A DNA stretch of 64,000 bases from Chrysemys picta bellii (lineage: Eukaryota). Shown here piece after piece: positions 47,901-61,013 of this stretch (positions within the stretch are counted from its first letter, which is position 1; each line of letters begins with the position of its first letter). The position numbers and the translations under genes are program-made. Location: assembly GCF_011386835.1 (NCBI RefSeq), contig NC_088807.1:25234001-25298000 (forward strand). The letters are read 5' to 3'. The notes below the pieces were generated by a model. That model made no database searches and was not told the origin of the DNA. It saw only the letters and a list, made by a program, of their open reading frames with translations.

Positions 47901-50054
47901 ATGGGGGTGTCGAAGGGGCTATGGGGTGTCAGGGAGAGAAGGGGGCCTGTGGAGGCATTTGGGGGGCTATGAGGGGGTCGAAGGGGCTATGGGGTGTCAG
48001 GGAGAGAAGGGGGCCTGTGGAGGCATTCGGGGGGCTCTGATTCCTAGGGTGTACCCCATGGGGTCAGGTGGGAGGTGATGAAGGTTTGGGGGCCCTGGGG
48101 GGCTCGGGGAAGGTGGGGAGGTCTGGAGTGAGGGGCCCGGAGATTTGGGGGGTTGGGGTGCTGGGATCGGGCCGGGACGCGGGGGAGGGGGGAGGTGTCT
48201 CTCACCGTGCACTCCCCGGGGCGCCCCCAGCCGGGCCCGCGTCTCCCCCAGCTGCCCCTCCAGCTCCCGCAGGCGCTGGGCCGCCTCGGCCTGGACCTGC
48301 CGGCGCCTGCGCCGTTGCTGCTCCGTCAGCTCCGGGGCCAGGGCCAGGCGCCGAGCGGCCTCCGTCACCTGCCGCTGCACGGCCAGCTCCCGGCACAGCT
48401 CCCACGCCAGCGCCTGGGGGGGGAGGGGGTGAGAACTGTGTGTCCCCCCGGCTCCTCCCCCCCCCCCAATTCCCCTAGCTCCCGGCACAGCTCCCACGCC
48501 AGCGCCTGGGGGGGGAGGGGGTGAGAACTGTGTGCCCCCCCCCCAGCTCCTCCCCACCCCCCAATTCCCCTAGCTCCAGGCACAGCTCCCACGCCAGCGC
48601 CTGGGGGGGGGAGGGGGGTGAGAACTGTGTGCCCCCCCCGGCTCCTCCCCCCCCCATTCCCCTAGCTCCCGGCACAGCTCCCACGCCAGCGCCTGGGGCG
48701 ACGAGGGGGTGAGAACTGTGTGCCCCCCCTGGCTCTCCCCCCCCCCCAATTCCCCTAGCTCCCGGCACAGCTCCCACGCCAGCGCCTGGGGGGATGGGGG
48801 GTTAGAGACCGTGCGGCCTCCCCAGATCCACCCACAGCCCCACTCCCAACTCCTCCATGGCCCCCCCTTTCTCACAGTCCCTCCCCCTCCTTCCTGTCCC
48901 CCCCAGTCCCCTCCTCACCTCGGCTCCAGGTCCCCGGTGGGCGGGCGCCGCTCTTCTCCGGATGAGGTGGGGTCTCTCCCCCGGCTCCAGCGGGTACTCG
49001 GGGGGCAGCTTCCCCGTCAGCTCCTGGGGGCGGGCAGGGCCACAAGCATTAGGAGAACAGCCTATTGTCGCTACGCAGCTAATGGCGGAAGATAACAACC
49101 TACTGCTGCTGGAGGGGAGGGGATGGAGAAGGATAATAGCCTACTACAGGTATGCGGCTAACAGAGCTGCATCATTAGATTGCGGGGGGGGGGCACTCCA
49201 GGTTGTGGGTTCAAATCGCACTGAGGATGACAACCTACTGCCGCTGATGGGGGAATGGAGAACAACCTACTAGAGCTAGACAGCGAATGAAGCCGTGCCA
49301 TTAGATTGAGGGGCAGCATAGGGAGCCGCTCCAGGTTGTGGCTGGAGACCAAGGATAACAACCTACTACCGCTGATGGGACGGAGCAGGATAAGAGCCTA
49401 CTATGCCTGCGCAGCTCGCGGCATGGCTCCCTCCGATCTAGAGGGGACAGTCTGGGTTCAAATCCCCCTTGGCACTGAAGGAGAGAACAGGGGAGAGACA
49501 GAGAAGGATAATAGCCTACTAGGCACTGCATTAGCTCCCAGGCTGGGGATGGGGGCGTCCCGGATACTCACAGCCTCCTGCAGGCAGAGCCGGCGCAGCT
49601 CGGCGACCCGCAGCCCCAGCGTCTCCCGCAGGCCCCGCTGCCGGTCCAGCAGCTCCTGCAGCCGGAGACGGGCGCTGGGTTCCCGCCCCAGGACATCTGC
49701 GCGGGAGGGGGGGGGGAAGAGGAGACGGGGGTCAGAGCTGAGGGGGGGGGGAGGGATTATTGGGGGTGGGGGAGATGGGAAACAGGGATGGGGAGGGGTC
49801 AGAGTTGGTGTGTGTGTGTGGGGGGGAGACAGGAGGATGTGGGTGTCACAGCCGGGAAGGGGCTATTGGGCGGGGGGGGGCATGGGGAGATCTGTGGGGG
49901 TGGAGTCAGACAAGGGCCAAAGTAAGGGCTGGGGGGGGGTTCAGACCAGGGGCAGGGCAGGAGGGGCCTTGGGGGCGGGGCCAGGGTCCTTGGGGGCGGG
50001 GCCATTACCTGCTGAGCTGTAGCTGGAGGAGATGAGCTGCCCTTTGACCTCCAT
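44934..50054 (-). CDS. CCDC120: Coiled-coil domain-containing protein 120 (CUPID/cytohesin-binding family), 516 aa
   Basis: Exons 50054-50009 (MEVKGQLISS), 49696-49572, 49023-48919 (ELTGKLPPEYPLEPGERP), 48413-48206, 47523-47467, 47252-47081, 46910-46806 (SSFEGRSVPATPVLTR), 45807-45703 and 45561-44934 (RQWSGSQDSQ, RRSNSSEAL, LLDYYLER, LALEGLRNWYLRN). All phases are consistent, 1551 nt. Confidence 0.95.
45830..46790 (+). repeat. ~54-bp minisatellite, ~17 units, with TCTCTAG(G/A)GGGCGCT core
   Basis: Unit GTCTCTAGGGGGCGCTCTCCCCGGGCAGGGCCCAGTGCCGTGGGG..., in a CCDC120 intron. Confidence 0.95.
48386..48790 (-). repeat. ~93-bp tandem repeat spanning a CCDC120 intron/exon junction (5 acceptor copies)
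   Basis: CCCCAG|GCGCTGGCGTGGGAGCTGTGCC repeated, with exon starts at 48785, 48692, 48600, 48505 and 48413. Confidence 0.9.
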
Positions 50055-52310
50055 GCTGGGGCCGCGGGGGCAGGGTCAGGCCGGGCTAAGAGCCATGAGC
50101 CCCCGACCCCAATGTCTGTGGGGGAAGAGAGAGAGAGAGAGAGACGGGGTGAGGGGGACCCAGGTCATCCCCCCATACAGCACCCCACTGGCCCCATCCA
50201 ACCCCTCCCCCGAGCCAGCCAGTCCCTGCCCTGGGGCCAGGGCCCCCTAGAGGGGACAAGTCCCATTCCCGCCTCCCCCAACTAGTCCCTGCCCTGAGAT
50301 GGTCACAGGGGGAGGGAAATCTCAGGGCTCTGACCTGCAAGGAAAGGAGAGAAATTCCACCAAACATGCAGGTGGTCTCTGGCCAAGTCGAGGGAAGGAA
50401 CCCAAGAGTCCTGACTCCCAACCCACCAGCCCCCACTCCCCTCCCAGAGCCAGGGAGAGAACCCAGGAGTCCTGGCTCCCAGCCCCCCTGCTCTAACCCA
50501 CCACCCCCCTCCCAAAGCCAGGGAGAGAACCCAGGAGTCCTGGCTCCCAGCCCCCCTGCTCTAACCACCAGCCCCCACTCCCCTCCCAGAGCCAGGGAGA
50601 GAACCCAGGAGTCCTGGCTCCCAGCCCCCCTGCTCTAACCCACCACCCCCCACTCCCCTCCCAAAGCCAGGGAGAGAACCCAGGAGTCCTGGCTCCCGCC
50701 CCCCCTGCTCTAACCCACCAGCCCCCACTCCCCACCCAAAGGGAACATGCCATATAATCTCTGCCCCACCCCCATCACACAGGACTCGCCAATGGCAGAA
50801 GCTGCGGGGGTGGCCCCCCTCCCCCACGAAGGGACCAGGGGGAACCAGGTGCCTGGGAGGGTTCCTGTTGGGTGCCCCAAAGGGCTGGGGGCAAGATTGA
50901 CAACAGCCCTAGGCCCCGCCCCCAGCTCTCCCAGCCCCCCAGAGGTGGGCCAGGGACCCTGGCATCCGGATCCGAACCCCTAAACTCCATCACAGCGACC
51001 TTGGCCCCGGAGGGGCGTCGGGAGGAGAAACGGGGTCTGTGCCTCCCAGAACTGCCGGCCAGGCTCCAGGCCGGGGACAGGGGCGGGGGGGACTCGGAAG
51101 GGGACCCCGGTGTCCGGGAGGGGGAGGGGTCCTGGGCAGGTTGTTCGGGAGCCTCCATCGACAGCAGCGAATTCCTCCTGTTCCAGGAATGTTTCTTGTT
51201 CACAGCCCCCAGGCCGGGCTGGGGGGGGCTGTGGGTCGGGAGTGAGGGGCACCGGCTGGGCTGGGGGGGGCCTATGGGTCGGGAGTGAGGGGCACCGGCT
51301 GGGCTGGGGGGGGCTGCGGGTCGGGAGCGAGGGGGGCGCCACCGGAAGTCCTTGCGACACCCCACAGCAGCACGTCACAGCGTCTGGCCCCTGGGGCTTG
51401 TCTGATTCCCAGCTCGGCCCCGGGCAGGACCCGACAGGTCCCCTCCTGGGATCCTCACAGCAGCAATTTCCTGCAAACACCTTCAGCGCTGTCTCGGGGA
51501 GCTTCCGGCCCCACCCCCCTCTTAGAGAACCCAGGAGTCCGGGCTCCCAGCACTCCCCGGTCTAACCACCAGGCCCCACTCCCCTCCCAGAGCCGGGAGA
51601 GAACCCAGGAGTCCTGGCTCCCAGCCCCCCTGCTCTAACCACCAGCCCCCACTCCCCTCCCAGAGCCAGGGAGAGAACCCAGGAGTCCTGGCTCCCAGCC
51701 CCCCTGCTCTAACCACCAGCCCCCACTCCCCTCCCAGAGCCAGGGAGAGAACCCAGGAGTCCGGGCTCCCAGCCCCCCCTGCTCTAACCACCAGCCCCCA
51801 CTCTCCTCCCAGAGCCAGGAGAGAACCCAGGAGTCCTGGCTCCCAGCCCCCCTGCACTAACCCACCAGCCCCCGCTCCCCTCCCAGAGCCGGGAGAGAAC
51901 CCAGGAGTCCTGGCTCCCAGCCCCTCTGCTCTAACCCACCAGCCCCCGCTCCCCTCCCAGAGCCGGGAGAGAACCCAGGCGTCCGGGCTCTCAGCTGAGG
52001 GGGCTCTGTGTTTGATAGTTTTGGGGGGGGAAAGGGGGGGAAGGGGGAATTCGGTGCTGGGCAGCGGAGATCAGCAGCCGCCCCCATTGCAATCCGGAGT
52101 GACTCCGGAGTGATCCCGGGGGAACTGAGATCAGCCCCGCCCCCCAACACCCTAACTTTGTTCCAGGAGCCGAAAACACGCGAGTTCGCGGCTCCGACCC
52201 CCGGGGGGTTCTCGTGGGGGGGCTGGGGGGGGGCTTTTCCCTTTGCCCCCCTTCTCAGGGTCTCTGGGGGGCTGATCCCCCCGGGCACAGCGGCTGGGGG
52301 CAGGACTCAC

Positions 52311-52480
52311 CTGGAGCCGGGGGGACGCGGCGAGCCCCCCCCACGCGAGACCGACCCGCGGAGCCTGGGAGCGAAGTGCCGCGATCCGGGGCCACGGCGG
52401 GGGCGGGGGCGGGGCCGCGCCTTTAACCCCTGGCGCGCCGGGGCCGGGCCGGGCTCACCCGCCGCCAGGTCCCGCCCCGG
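52311..52480 (-). promoter_or_regulatory. Putative CCDC120 non-coding first exon / CpG promoter
   Basis: CpG-rich with tandem GC boxes (GGGGCGGGGGCGGGGCC) and a perfect minus-strand donor CAG|GTGAGT at 52311. Confidence 0.55.
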
Positions 52481-52499
52481 ACATGCAGCCAGGTGCGGG

Positions 52500-54200
52500 C
52501 CGCCCGGGACAAGCACAGCCTGGTACACACACAGCCGGGGACACACAGACACAGGGACACCCTGCCCGAACACACACAACCAGGGACACACACAACCAGG
52601 TACACACACAGCCGGGGACACACACAACCAGGGACACACACAGCCGGGGACACACACAGCCAGGTACACACCGCCCCGGACACACACACTGCCTGGGACA
52701 CACACAACCAGGGACACACACAGCCAGGTACACACCGCCCTGGACACACACAACCAGAGACACACACAGCCGGGGACACACACAGCCAGGGACACACCGC
52801 CCCGGACACCCACAGACACACCTACACACACAGCCTGGGACACACCGCCCCGGACACACACACAGCCTGGGACACACACAGCCGGGGACACACACAACCA
52901 GGTACACATACAGCCTGGGACACACACAGCCTGGGACACACCGCCCTGGACACACACAACCAGAGACACACACAGCCGGGGACACACACAGCCAGGGACA
53001 CACCGCCCCGGACACCCACAGACACACCTACACACACAGCCTGGGACACACCACCCCAGACACACACACAGCCGGGGACACACACAACCAGGGACACACC
53101 GCCCCGGACACACACAACCAGGGACACACACAGCCGGGGACACACAGACACAGGGACACCCCGCCCGGACACACACATCCAGGGACACACAGACACAGGT
53201 ACACACCACCCCGGACACACACACAGCCTGGGACACACAGACACAGGGACACCCGCCCCGGACACACACACAGCCTGGGACACACAGACACAGGGACACA
53301 CCGCCCCGGACACACACATCCAGGGACACACCACCCCGGACACACACAGACACACGTACACACACAGCCTGGGACACACACAGCCGGGGACACACCGCCC
53401 CGGACACACACATCCAGGGACACACAGACACAGGTACACACCACCCCGGACACACACACAGCCTGGGACACACAGACACAGGGACACCCGCCCCGGACAC
53501 ACACATCCAGGGACACACCACCCCGGACACACACAGACACACGTACACACAGCCTGGGACACACACAGCCGGGGACACACCGCCCCGGACACACACAGAC
53601 CCACGTACACACCACCCGGGACACCCACAGCCTGGGACACGCAGGCAGGTACAGGCTGCCCGGGACACACACCACCTGGGACACATCACCCAGGGACACA
53701 CAGACACAGGTACACACCCGGGACACACACGGCCAGGTACACACCACCCGGGACACGCAGCCAGGGACACACACAGCTAGGTCCCGTCCCGGACATGCAG
53801 CCAGTGCAGGCCACCCGGGACAGGCACAACCAGGGACACACCCAAGTAAACACCACCCAGGACATACACAACCAGGTACAGGCTGCCCAGGACACACACA
53901 GCCAGGTACACACCACCCGGGACACACACACACAGGGACATACCACCCGGGACAGGCACAACAAGGGACACGTCACCTGCCCAGGACACACAGCCAGGTA
54001 CACCCCGCCAGGTACCATCTGGGACATGCACAACCAGGGACACGCCTGCCGCTCCCTGACACGCACACCCAGGTACACACCACCCGGGACACACACAGCC
54101 AGGGACACACACAGCCAAGTACTGCGCCCAGGACAGGCACAACCAGGGACACACACAGCCAGTGACGCGCTCTGGGACATAGCACCCGGGACACACACCC
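52500..54200. repeat. GGGACACACACAGCC / CCCCGGACAC satellite (~1.7 kb), grading into CA-rich low complexity to ~55070
   Basis: Dozens of 15-20 bp degenerate units; source of the spurious HT/VC-rich ORFs. Confidence 0.95.
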
Positions 54201-56139
54201 AGGGATCTACACACCATCCGTCACACACACAAGTACACACCATCAGTGAGACACACCTAGATCTCCACATGCAGAGTGAGACACAACACACACACACACA
54301 GCTACACACACATTTATCTCTCCCTCTCTCACACAGATACACCCTCATATACACACAACACAGACACATACAAGGTAACAGATGTACACACCAGGCAAAT
54401 ACACAGAGTAACACACACTGCAACAACACATACCCAAGCCAACACACACAGAGACTAACACCCACACCAGGCGACACACACCAACACAATACACACTAAA
54501 TCACACAATAACATCTACGCAAGGATACACACGCTACCAGACCAATACACTGTCACAACACAACACAGGCTACCACCTACACCAGGTAAGACTATAACAC
54601 ACTAACACATCAACACATGCTAACACAACAATACAACACAAAACACACAGACAGTAACACCACACAAGGTAATGCACATTCTAACACACCACACTCCCAC
54701 AAAACAATACAGCACAACACACACACCCAATAATACCTACACAAGGGCAAACACTCTAACACACTGACGCAGCAGACACACACACGCTAACACCTACACA
54801 AGGTAACACACATGCTAACACTCACACAAAACACACACCCAATAACACACACACAAGGAAACACACATGCTAACACTCACACACAACACAACACACACAC
54901 AAGGAAACACACACTAACACTCCCTCACAACACGCACACCCAATAACACACACACAAGGAAACACACACGCTAACACTCCCACACAACACGCACACCCAA
55001 TGACACGCACACTCTGAGACAACGACACAGTGACACACCAACACAATACACACACAAGCAGCGTAGCACACACTAGTCTCCGGAGAACCCAGGCATCCAG
55101 CAGGAACCGCAGGCGCTGCTGGGGTTAAGCAGCCCTGGACCGAGGGGCTCCCCCCTGATGTATTTGGGGACCCCCCAGCCCGGTGGCTGGGGGGGGCAGG
55201 GCCTGTTTGCGCTGCCCCCCCCGCCATGGCGCAGGGCTGGGGGGGGGGGACATTCCACACATTCCTGGTGCGGCCTGGGCAGGTACAGAGCAAGGGGGGA
55301 GGAGGCTGCCCCACGGCACCCCCTGGGGGCGCCCCACAGCACAGCCCCACCCCACAGCGCAGCCCCACTGAATCTGCCCCACAGCGCCCCCTGTGGCTCC
55401 GCACAGCCCCACTGAATTCACCCCACAGCCACCCCCACCATGACCGGCCCTGACTGCCAGGAGAGAGCGCCCCCTGCTGGTATCCCCCTATTGTGTTCCT
55501 ACCTGGTCCCCTACCCAGGGGCTGAACCGAGCGACCCCCACATACCAGAGGGCCAGCCCCGCCCCCGGCCCCCGCCAGCAAAGATGTGCTGACAGTGTTT
55601 GCTGCCAGAAAAGCCGGAAAGGATCTGTGTGAAATTCGCCCCTGGACTCACCAGGGTTTCCTGTTCAAGGAAACTGGTTGGGACGCTGGCCCCCAGAAAA
55701 CGGAACCCCCCCCCCGCAGCGCTGTGTTTCCCTTTCAGCAGCTGTTCCCCAGTCGCCCCACCGCAGAGGTGGCTGCATCTCAGCGCCGGGCGAGCCGTCC
55801 CTGTGCGGCGTTATGTGCAGCTGTTCCCCAGCTCTCCCCCAGAGGTGGCTGCATCTCAGGGCTGGGTGAGCCGTCCCTGTGTGGTGTTGTGTGTGGCCTT
55901 TCCCCAGCTGCCCATCCCAGAGGTGGCTGCATCTCAGAGGTGGATAAACCGTCCCCCTGGCGGTTCCCCAGTTGCCCGGCCCCAGAGTTAGTTGCAACAC
56001 ACTCCGCCGGCTAATGACACGGTGTACTTTCCCTCCTCTCTCAGAGGCACAAGGACACCGGTGGCACCAGTCGGACGGGCCTCCTACATTCCAGAATCCC
56101 GGCATAACCAGCCCAGGAATGATTCATCTATCGGAAGGC

Positions 56140-57380
56140 AGCCAGGACTCCTGGGTTCTCTCCCTGGCTCTGGGAGGGGAGTGGGGGCTGGTGGTTAGAG
56201 CAGGGGGGGCTGGGAGCCAGGACTCCTGGGGTCTCTCCCCGGCTCTGGGCGGGGAGTGGGGTCTGGTGCTTAGAGCAGGGGGGCTGGGAGCCAGGAGTCC
56301 TGGGTTCTCTCCCTGGCTCTGGGAGGGGAATGGGGTCTAGTGGTTAGAGCAGGGGGGGCGGCTGGGAGCCAGGACACCTGGGTTTTCTCCCAGCTCTGGG
56401 AGGGGAGTGGGGGCTGGTGGTTAGAGCAGGGGGGGCTGGGAGCCAGGACTCCTGGAGTCTCTCCCCGGCTCTGGGCGGGGAGTGGGGTCTGGTGGTTAGA
56501 GCAGGGGGGCTGGGAGCCAGGAGTCCTGGGTTCTCTCCCTGGCTCTGGGAGGGGAATGGGGTCTAGTGGTTAGAGCAGGGGGGGGGCTGGGAGCCAGGAC
56601 ACCTGGGGTCTCTCCCAGCTCTGGGCAGGGAGTGGGGTTTGGTGGTTAGAGCAGGGGGGCTGGGAGCCAGGACTCCTGGGTTCTCTCCCTGGCTCTGGGA
56701 GGGGAGTGGGGGCTGGTGGTTAGAGCAGGGGGGGCTGGGAGCCAGGACTCCTGGGGTCTCTCCCCGGCTCTGGGCGGGGAGTGGGGTCTGGTGGTTAGAG
56801 CAGGGGGGCTGGGAGCCAGGAGTCCTGGGTTCTCTCCCTGGCTCTGGGAGGGGAATGGGGTCTAGTGGTTAGAGCAGGGGGGGCGGCTGGGAGCCAGGAC
56901 ACCTGGGTTCTCTCCCAGCTCTGGGAGGGGAGTGGGGGCTGGTGGTTAGAGCAGGGGGGGCTGGGAGCCAGGACTCCTGGGGTCTCTCCCCGGCTCTGGG
57001 CGGGGAGTGGGGTCTGGTGGTTAGAGCAGGGGGGCTGGGAGCCAGGAGTCCTGGGTTCTCTCCCTGGCTCTGGGAGGGGAATGGGGTCTAGTGGTTAGAG
57101 CAGGGGGGGGGGCTGGGAGCCAGGACACCTGGGTTCTCTCCCAGCTCTGGGCGGGGAGTGGGGTTTGGTGGTTAGAGCAGGGGGGCTGGGAGCCAGGACT
57201 CCTGGGTTCTCTCCCTGGCTCTGGGAGGGGAGTGGGGTCTAGTGGTTAGAGCAGGGGGGGCTGGGAGCCAGGACTCCTGGGTTCTCTCCCTGGCTCAGGG
57301 CAGGGGAGTGGGGTCTAGTGGTTAGAGCAGGGGGCTGGGAGCCAGGACTCCTGGGTTCTCTCCCTGGCTCAGGGCAGGGA
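56140..57380. repeat. Long array (~16 units) of the 74-bp GGTTAGAGCAGGGGGGCTGGGAGCCAGGAC minisatellite with higher-order periodicity
   Basis: Near-identical multi-unit blocks recur (the 77-aa ORFs at 56340 and 56865 are almost identical). An inverted block follows at 57720-58290. Confidence 0.93.
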
Positions 57381-59399
57381 GGGGCGTCTCTGTCCATTTT
57401 CCGGACTCTCATTAAAATTGGGATTAACGAGTCGGTGGTTGCCGGCGCAATCAGCTGACTCCAAAGCTGCTTAGGGGGCCAGAGACAATCCCTGAGTCAG
57501 GGCCTGGGTCCCTCCAGCCCCCTCTGGCCTGTGCACATTGAGGGGGGGGCGGCTCTTTGGCGCTGCAAAGGTTAAAATGCCCCCTGCCCACAGAGCCCCC
57601 GGCCAGCCCCACTGAGGGAGGACAGGTGCTGGGCCAGGGAGACTCAGCAGCAACCTCTCCCTGCGCCACGAAGTAGGTCACTGCCCTGCAGCCAGGCCAA
57701 AGCACGGCTAACCCCCACCCCCAGGAACCCAGGAGTCCTGGCTCCCACCCCCCCTGCTCTAACCTCCAGCCCCCACTCCCCTCCCAGAGCCGGGAGAGAA
57801 CCCAGGAGTCCTGGCTCCCAGCCCCCCCTGCTCTAACCACCAGCCCCCACTCCTCTCCCAGAGCCGGGAGAGAACTCAGGAGTCCTGGCTCCCACCCCTC
57901 CTGCTCTAACCACCTGCTCCCACTCCCCTCCCAGAGCCGGGGAGAGACCCCAGGAGTCCTGGCTCCCAGCCCCCCCTGCTCTAACCACCAGCCCCCACTA
58001 CCCTCCCAGAGCCAGGGAGAGAACCCAGGAGTCCTGGCTCCCAGCCCCCCCTGCTCTAACCACCAGCCCCCACTCCCCTCCCAGAGCCGGGAGAGAACTC
58101 AGGAGTCCTGGCTCCCAGCCCCCCCATGCTCTACCCACCAGCCCCCACTCCCCTCCCAGAGCCAGGGAGAGAACCCAGGAGTCCTGGCTCCCAGCTCCCC
58201 CTGCTCTAACCCACCAGCCCCCACTCCCCTCCCAGAGCCAGGGAGAGAACCCAGGAGTCCTGGCTCCCAGCCCCTCCCGCCCCCTGCTTTAGCCCACTAG
58301 AAACTCAGCATCAACTCCCCCCTGCCTCTATTTGCAGTCCAGGTTACCCTCATATCAGCCACCCCAGCTGCCCCTCTCACCGGACCAGAGCCATCCCAGG
58401 GGGGCGCTGAGATGCAGCCACCTCTGGGGCGGAGCGGCCCGCAGGGGGTCAGGAACACATTCCAGCTAAGCTCTGCCAGTCCCCCCGGCTCCCACAGCAC
58501 AGCACCCACCTGCCCTCCGGCCTGGTCCCCACCCCACGGTGCCCCCCAGCGCCTGGCCCTGACTGCCAGGGGAGAGTTTATCCCACTCCACACACATACC
58601 CCTGAGCCAGCCAGTCCCTGACCTGGGGCCGGATGGGAGCCGGCGTCCCCCAGAGGGGACAGGCCCCTGCCCCATTCCCCGCCCCCCTGAGCCAGCCAGT
58701 CCCCCTACAACCTATTTCCCAGAGGGGTCCCTCTTACCTTTCCTCTCTGGAATGCGCTGTTCTGCTTCCTGGATCGGTGGGTGCACAACCGCTGTACGTG
58801 TGTGTGTGTGAGGCCCCAGTCCAGGGGTGCAAGGGGTGGACCCCAAGCTTTCCCCCCCAACCCCCCCTCCCCGGTTTAATCCATCCAGCCGGTTCCCAGA
58901 TCCATCCCAGCTCTTTTTCTGCTGAAACTGCCCAGGCTACACCTCCCCTGCGCCTGTTTCACACCCTCCCTGCTGCCAACAGGCGGAGGAGGGAGGGAGG
59001 GTGTGTGTGGGGGGTTGTACAGTCGGACAGTTGCTGGCTGGTTATTGGGCATTGGCAAATCGGCTCCCGATGCACCACAGACAGAAACACATTGCCACAG
59101 GCCGGGTGTAGCCCCCCGCGCACAGGCAGGCCGGGTGTAGCTCTCACACACACACAGCGTGTGTTGTCTTTCCAATTCGCCTGCTCCAGGGGTTAACCCT
59201 TGGGGCGCTGGAGGGAATGGAGGGGGCGGGGCCCGGTGTGACGCAGAGATTGGCTGTAAGCGGTGGGGGGGGGGGGGTTGTAGGGGGTACACACAGCACA
59301 ACACAGAGCTGGCCAGACACACACACCAGGACAACAGATACACAGAGGCACAGTCACCTCCTCACCCTGACAACTGGCAGACACAGAGCTGCACAATCC

Positions 59400-60080
59400 T
59401 CCCCCCCCAACTGATACACAGGTAGACAATTGCGCACACAGATGCACAGTCACACACACAGACACACTGTGACAGACAACTGCACACACCACCTGACACA
59501 CCCAGAGACACAGCATCAAACACACACCATGTCAACTGATACACACACACAGATGTACAGTCACACACATACCACGACAGCTGATACACATAGTGAGGCA
59601 CAGCTGATCGCACAGCGTGACAGCTGATACACACAGATACACAATCGCACCCACCATGACAACTGATACACAAACAGGCATACACAATCACACACACATA
59701 CCACGAGAACTGATACACACAGAGACAGACAATCGCACACACACCACAACAGCTGACATACACATACACACACAATCGCACACACACAATGACAAGTGAT
59801 ACCCACAAAGAGCTACACAATCACACTACAGCAACTGATATGCAGAGATGCACAATCACACACACACCACAACAATCAATACACACCGAGAAAGACACGA
59901 TCACATGTCCGCCAACAAAACCGATACACACACACACACACAATCTGCCATGCACAACGACGACTGACAGATGCACACACTCACACAGCAACAACTCGCA
60001 CACACAAACCACTAATGACGGAGACACACGCATGGACACAAGCCCCACAGGCCGTTGGACGCACCGACAGACTCACAAAC
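59400..60080. repeat. CA-rich low-complexity region (CAGCTGATACACAC motif)
   Basis: Repeated ACA(A/G)CTGATACAC within CA runs. Confidence 0.8.
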
Positions 60081-60480
60081 GCACACACGCAACCAGAGAC
60101 GGGGGCTCAGCCCGAGGGGCTTACGGGTGGGACCCCCAAAAATCCATGTGAGGCTTTGAGCCTGACGCTGCACCCCACGTAACCCCAGTCAGACCCCCTG
60201 GGCCTGACCCCCCTGGGCCTGGGCAAGTCCGAGTCTGGTAAGAGCAACCCCTGCTGGCCAACCCTGGAACTGCACCCACAACTGTTCCCCATACAGATCT
60301 AGGGGTCCCTGCGGGTGGGGAGTGAGGGGCACCGGCAGGACTGGGGGGGTCAGGGCTGGGCTAACAGGGGCTGCGGGTCGGGAGTGAGGGGCACCGGCAG
60401 GGTGAGGGAGGCAGGGCCGGGCTAGCAGGGGGCTGCAGGTCGGGAGTGAGGGGCACTGGCAGAGCTGGGGGGGGGCAAGG

Positions 60481-60640
60481 CTGGGCTGCTCAGAGGATTC
60501 AGGGGGCCTGGGGCAAAGCAATTTGGGGGGCCCCTTCCATAAAAAATAAGTTGCAATACTCTAGAATACTGTATTCTCGTAGGAGCCCCTGTGGGCCCTG
60601 GGGCAAATCTCCCCACTTGTCCCCCCCGGGTGGCCGGGCT
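60481..60640. mobile_element. Short non-autonomous DNA transposon (hAT-like MITE)
   Basis: GCTGCTCAGAGGATTCAGGGGGCCTGGGGCAAAGCAATTT...GGGCAAATCTCCCCACTTGTCCCCCC resembles a common turtle MITE from memory. Termini are degenerate. Confidence 0.45.
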
Positions 60641-60779
60641 GGCAGGGGCTGCAGGTCGGGAGTGAGGGGCACCGGCAGGGCTGGGGGTGGGGGGAGCCCA
60701 GGGCTGCAGATCGGGAGCGAGGAGCACCAGCTGTTCGTGTGTCAAATGCCCCCCTTGAACCCCCCTGGGCTGGGGGGTG

Positions 60780-61013
60780 TTTCCCGACGTGACGTCATTT
60801 CCCTGGGCGAGCCCCCCCCTTCCAGCCCGGGATGAGGCAATAACTCTCCGGCCCGGTGTTTATCGGCCGCGATCGGGGCTCGGGGGGTCCCGCACCAGAG
60901 CCAGCAGCCGCCCGCGGCCCCGCCCGAGGCCCAGCGCCCCCCACGGGGCAGGAGCCGTCCAGCCGGGACCCCCGCTCGCCCCCCCCGGGCCGGGAGCCCT
61001 GCGGGGGGGGAGG
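60780..61013 (+). promoter_or_regulatory. TFE3 CpG-island promoter / 5' UTR with a perfect CRE
   Basis: TGACGTCA at 60790-60797 inside GACGTGACGTCA; CpG-dense. Confidence 0.65.

Noticed and set aside
50750-51480. ORFs upstream of CCDC120 as a possible N-terminal extension or separate gene
   Set aside because: No recognisable homology and no convincing in-phase splice path to acceptor 50115; the ORFs run into minisatellite sequence.
52008-54499. His/Thr-rich and Val/Cys-rich ORFs of 480-670 aa
   Set aside because: They derive from a CA-rich satellite lacking stop codons, with no domain signature or plausible splice structure.
57451-57840. 129-aa minus-strand ORF with an acceptor-like site near 57688
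   Set aside because: It begins in minisatellite sequence, has no donor and no recognisable product.
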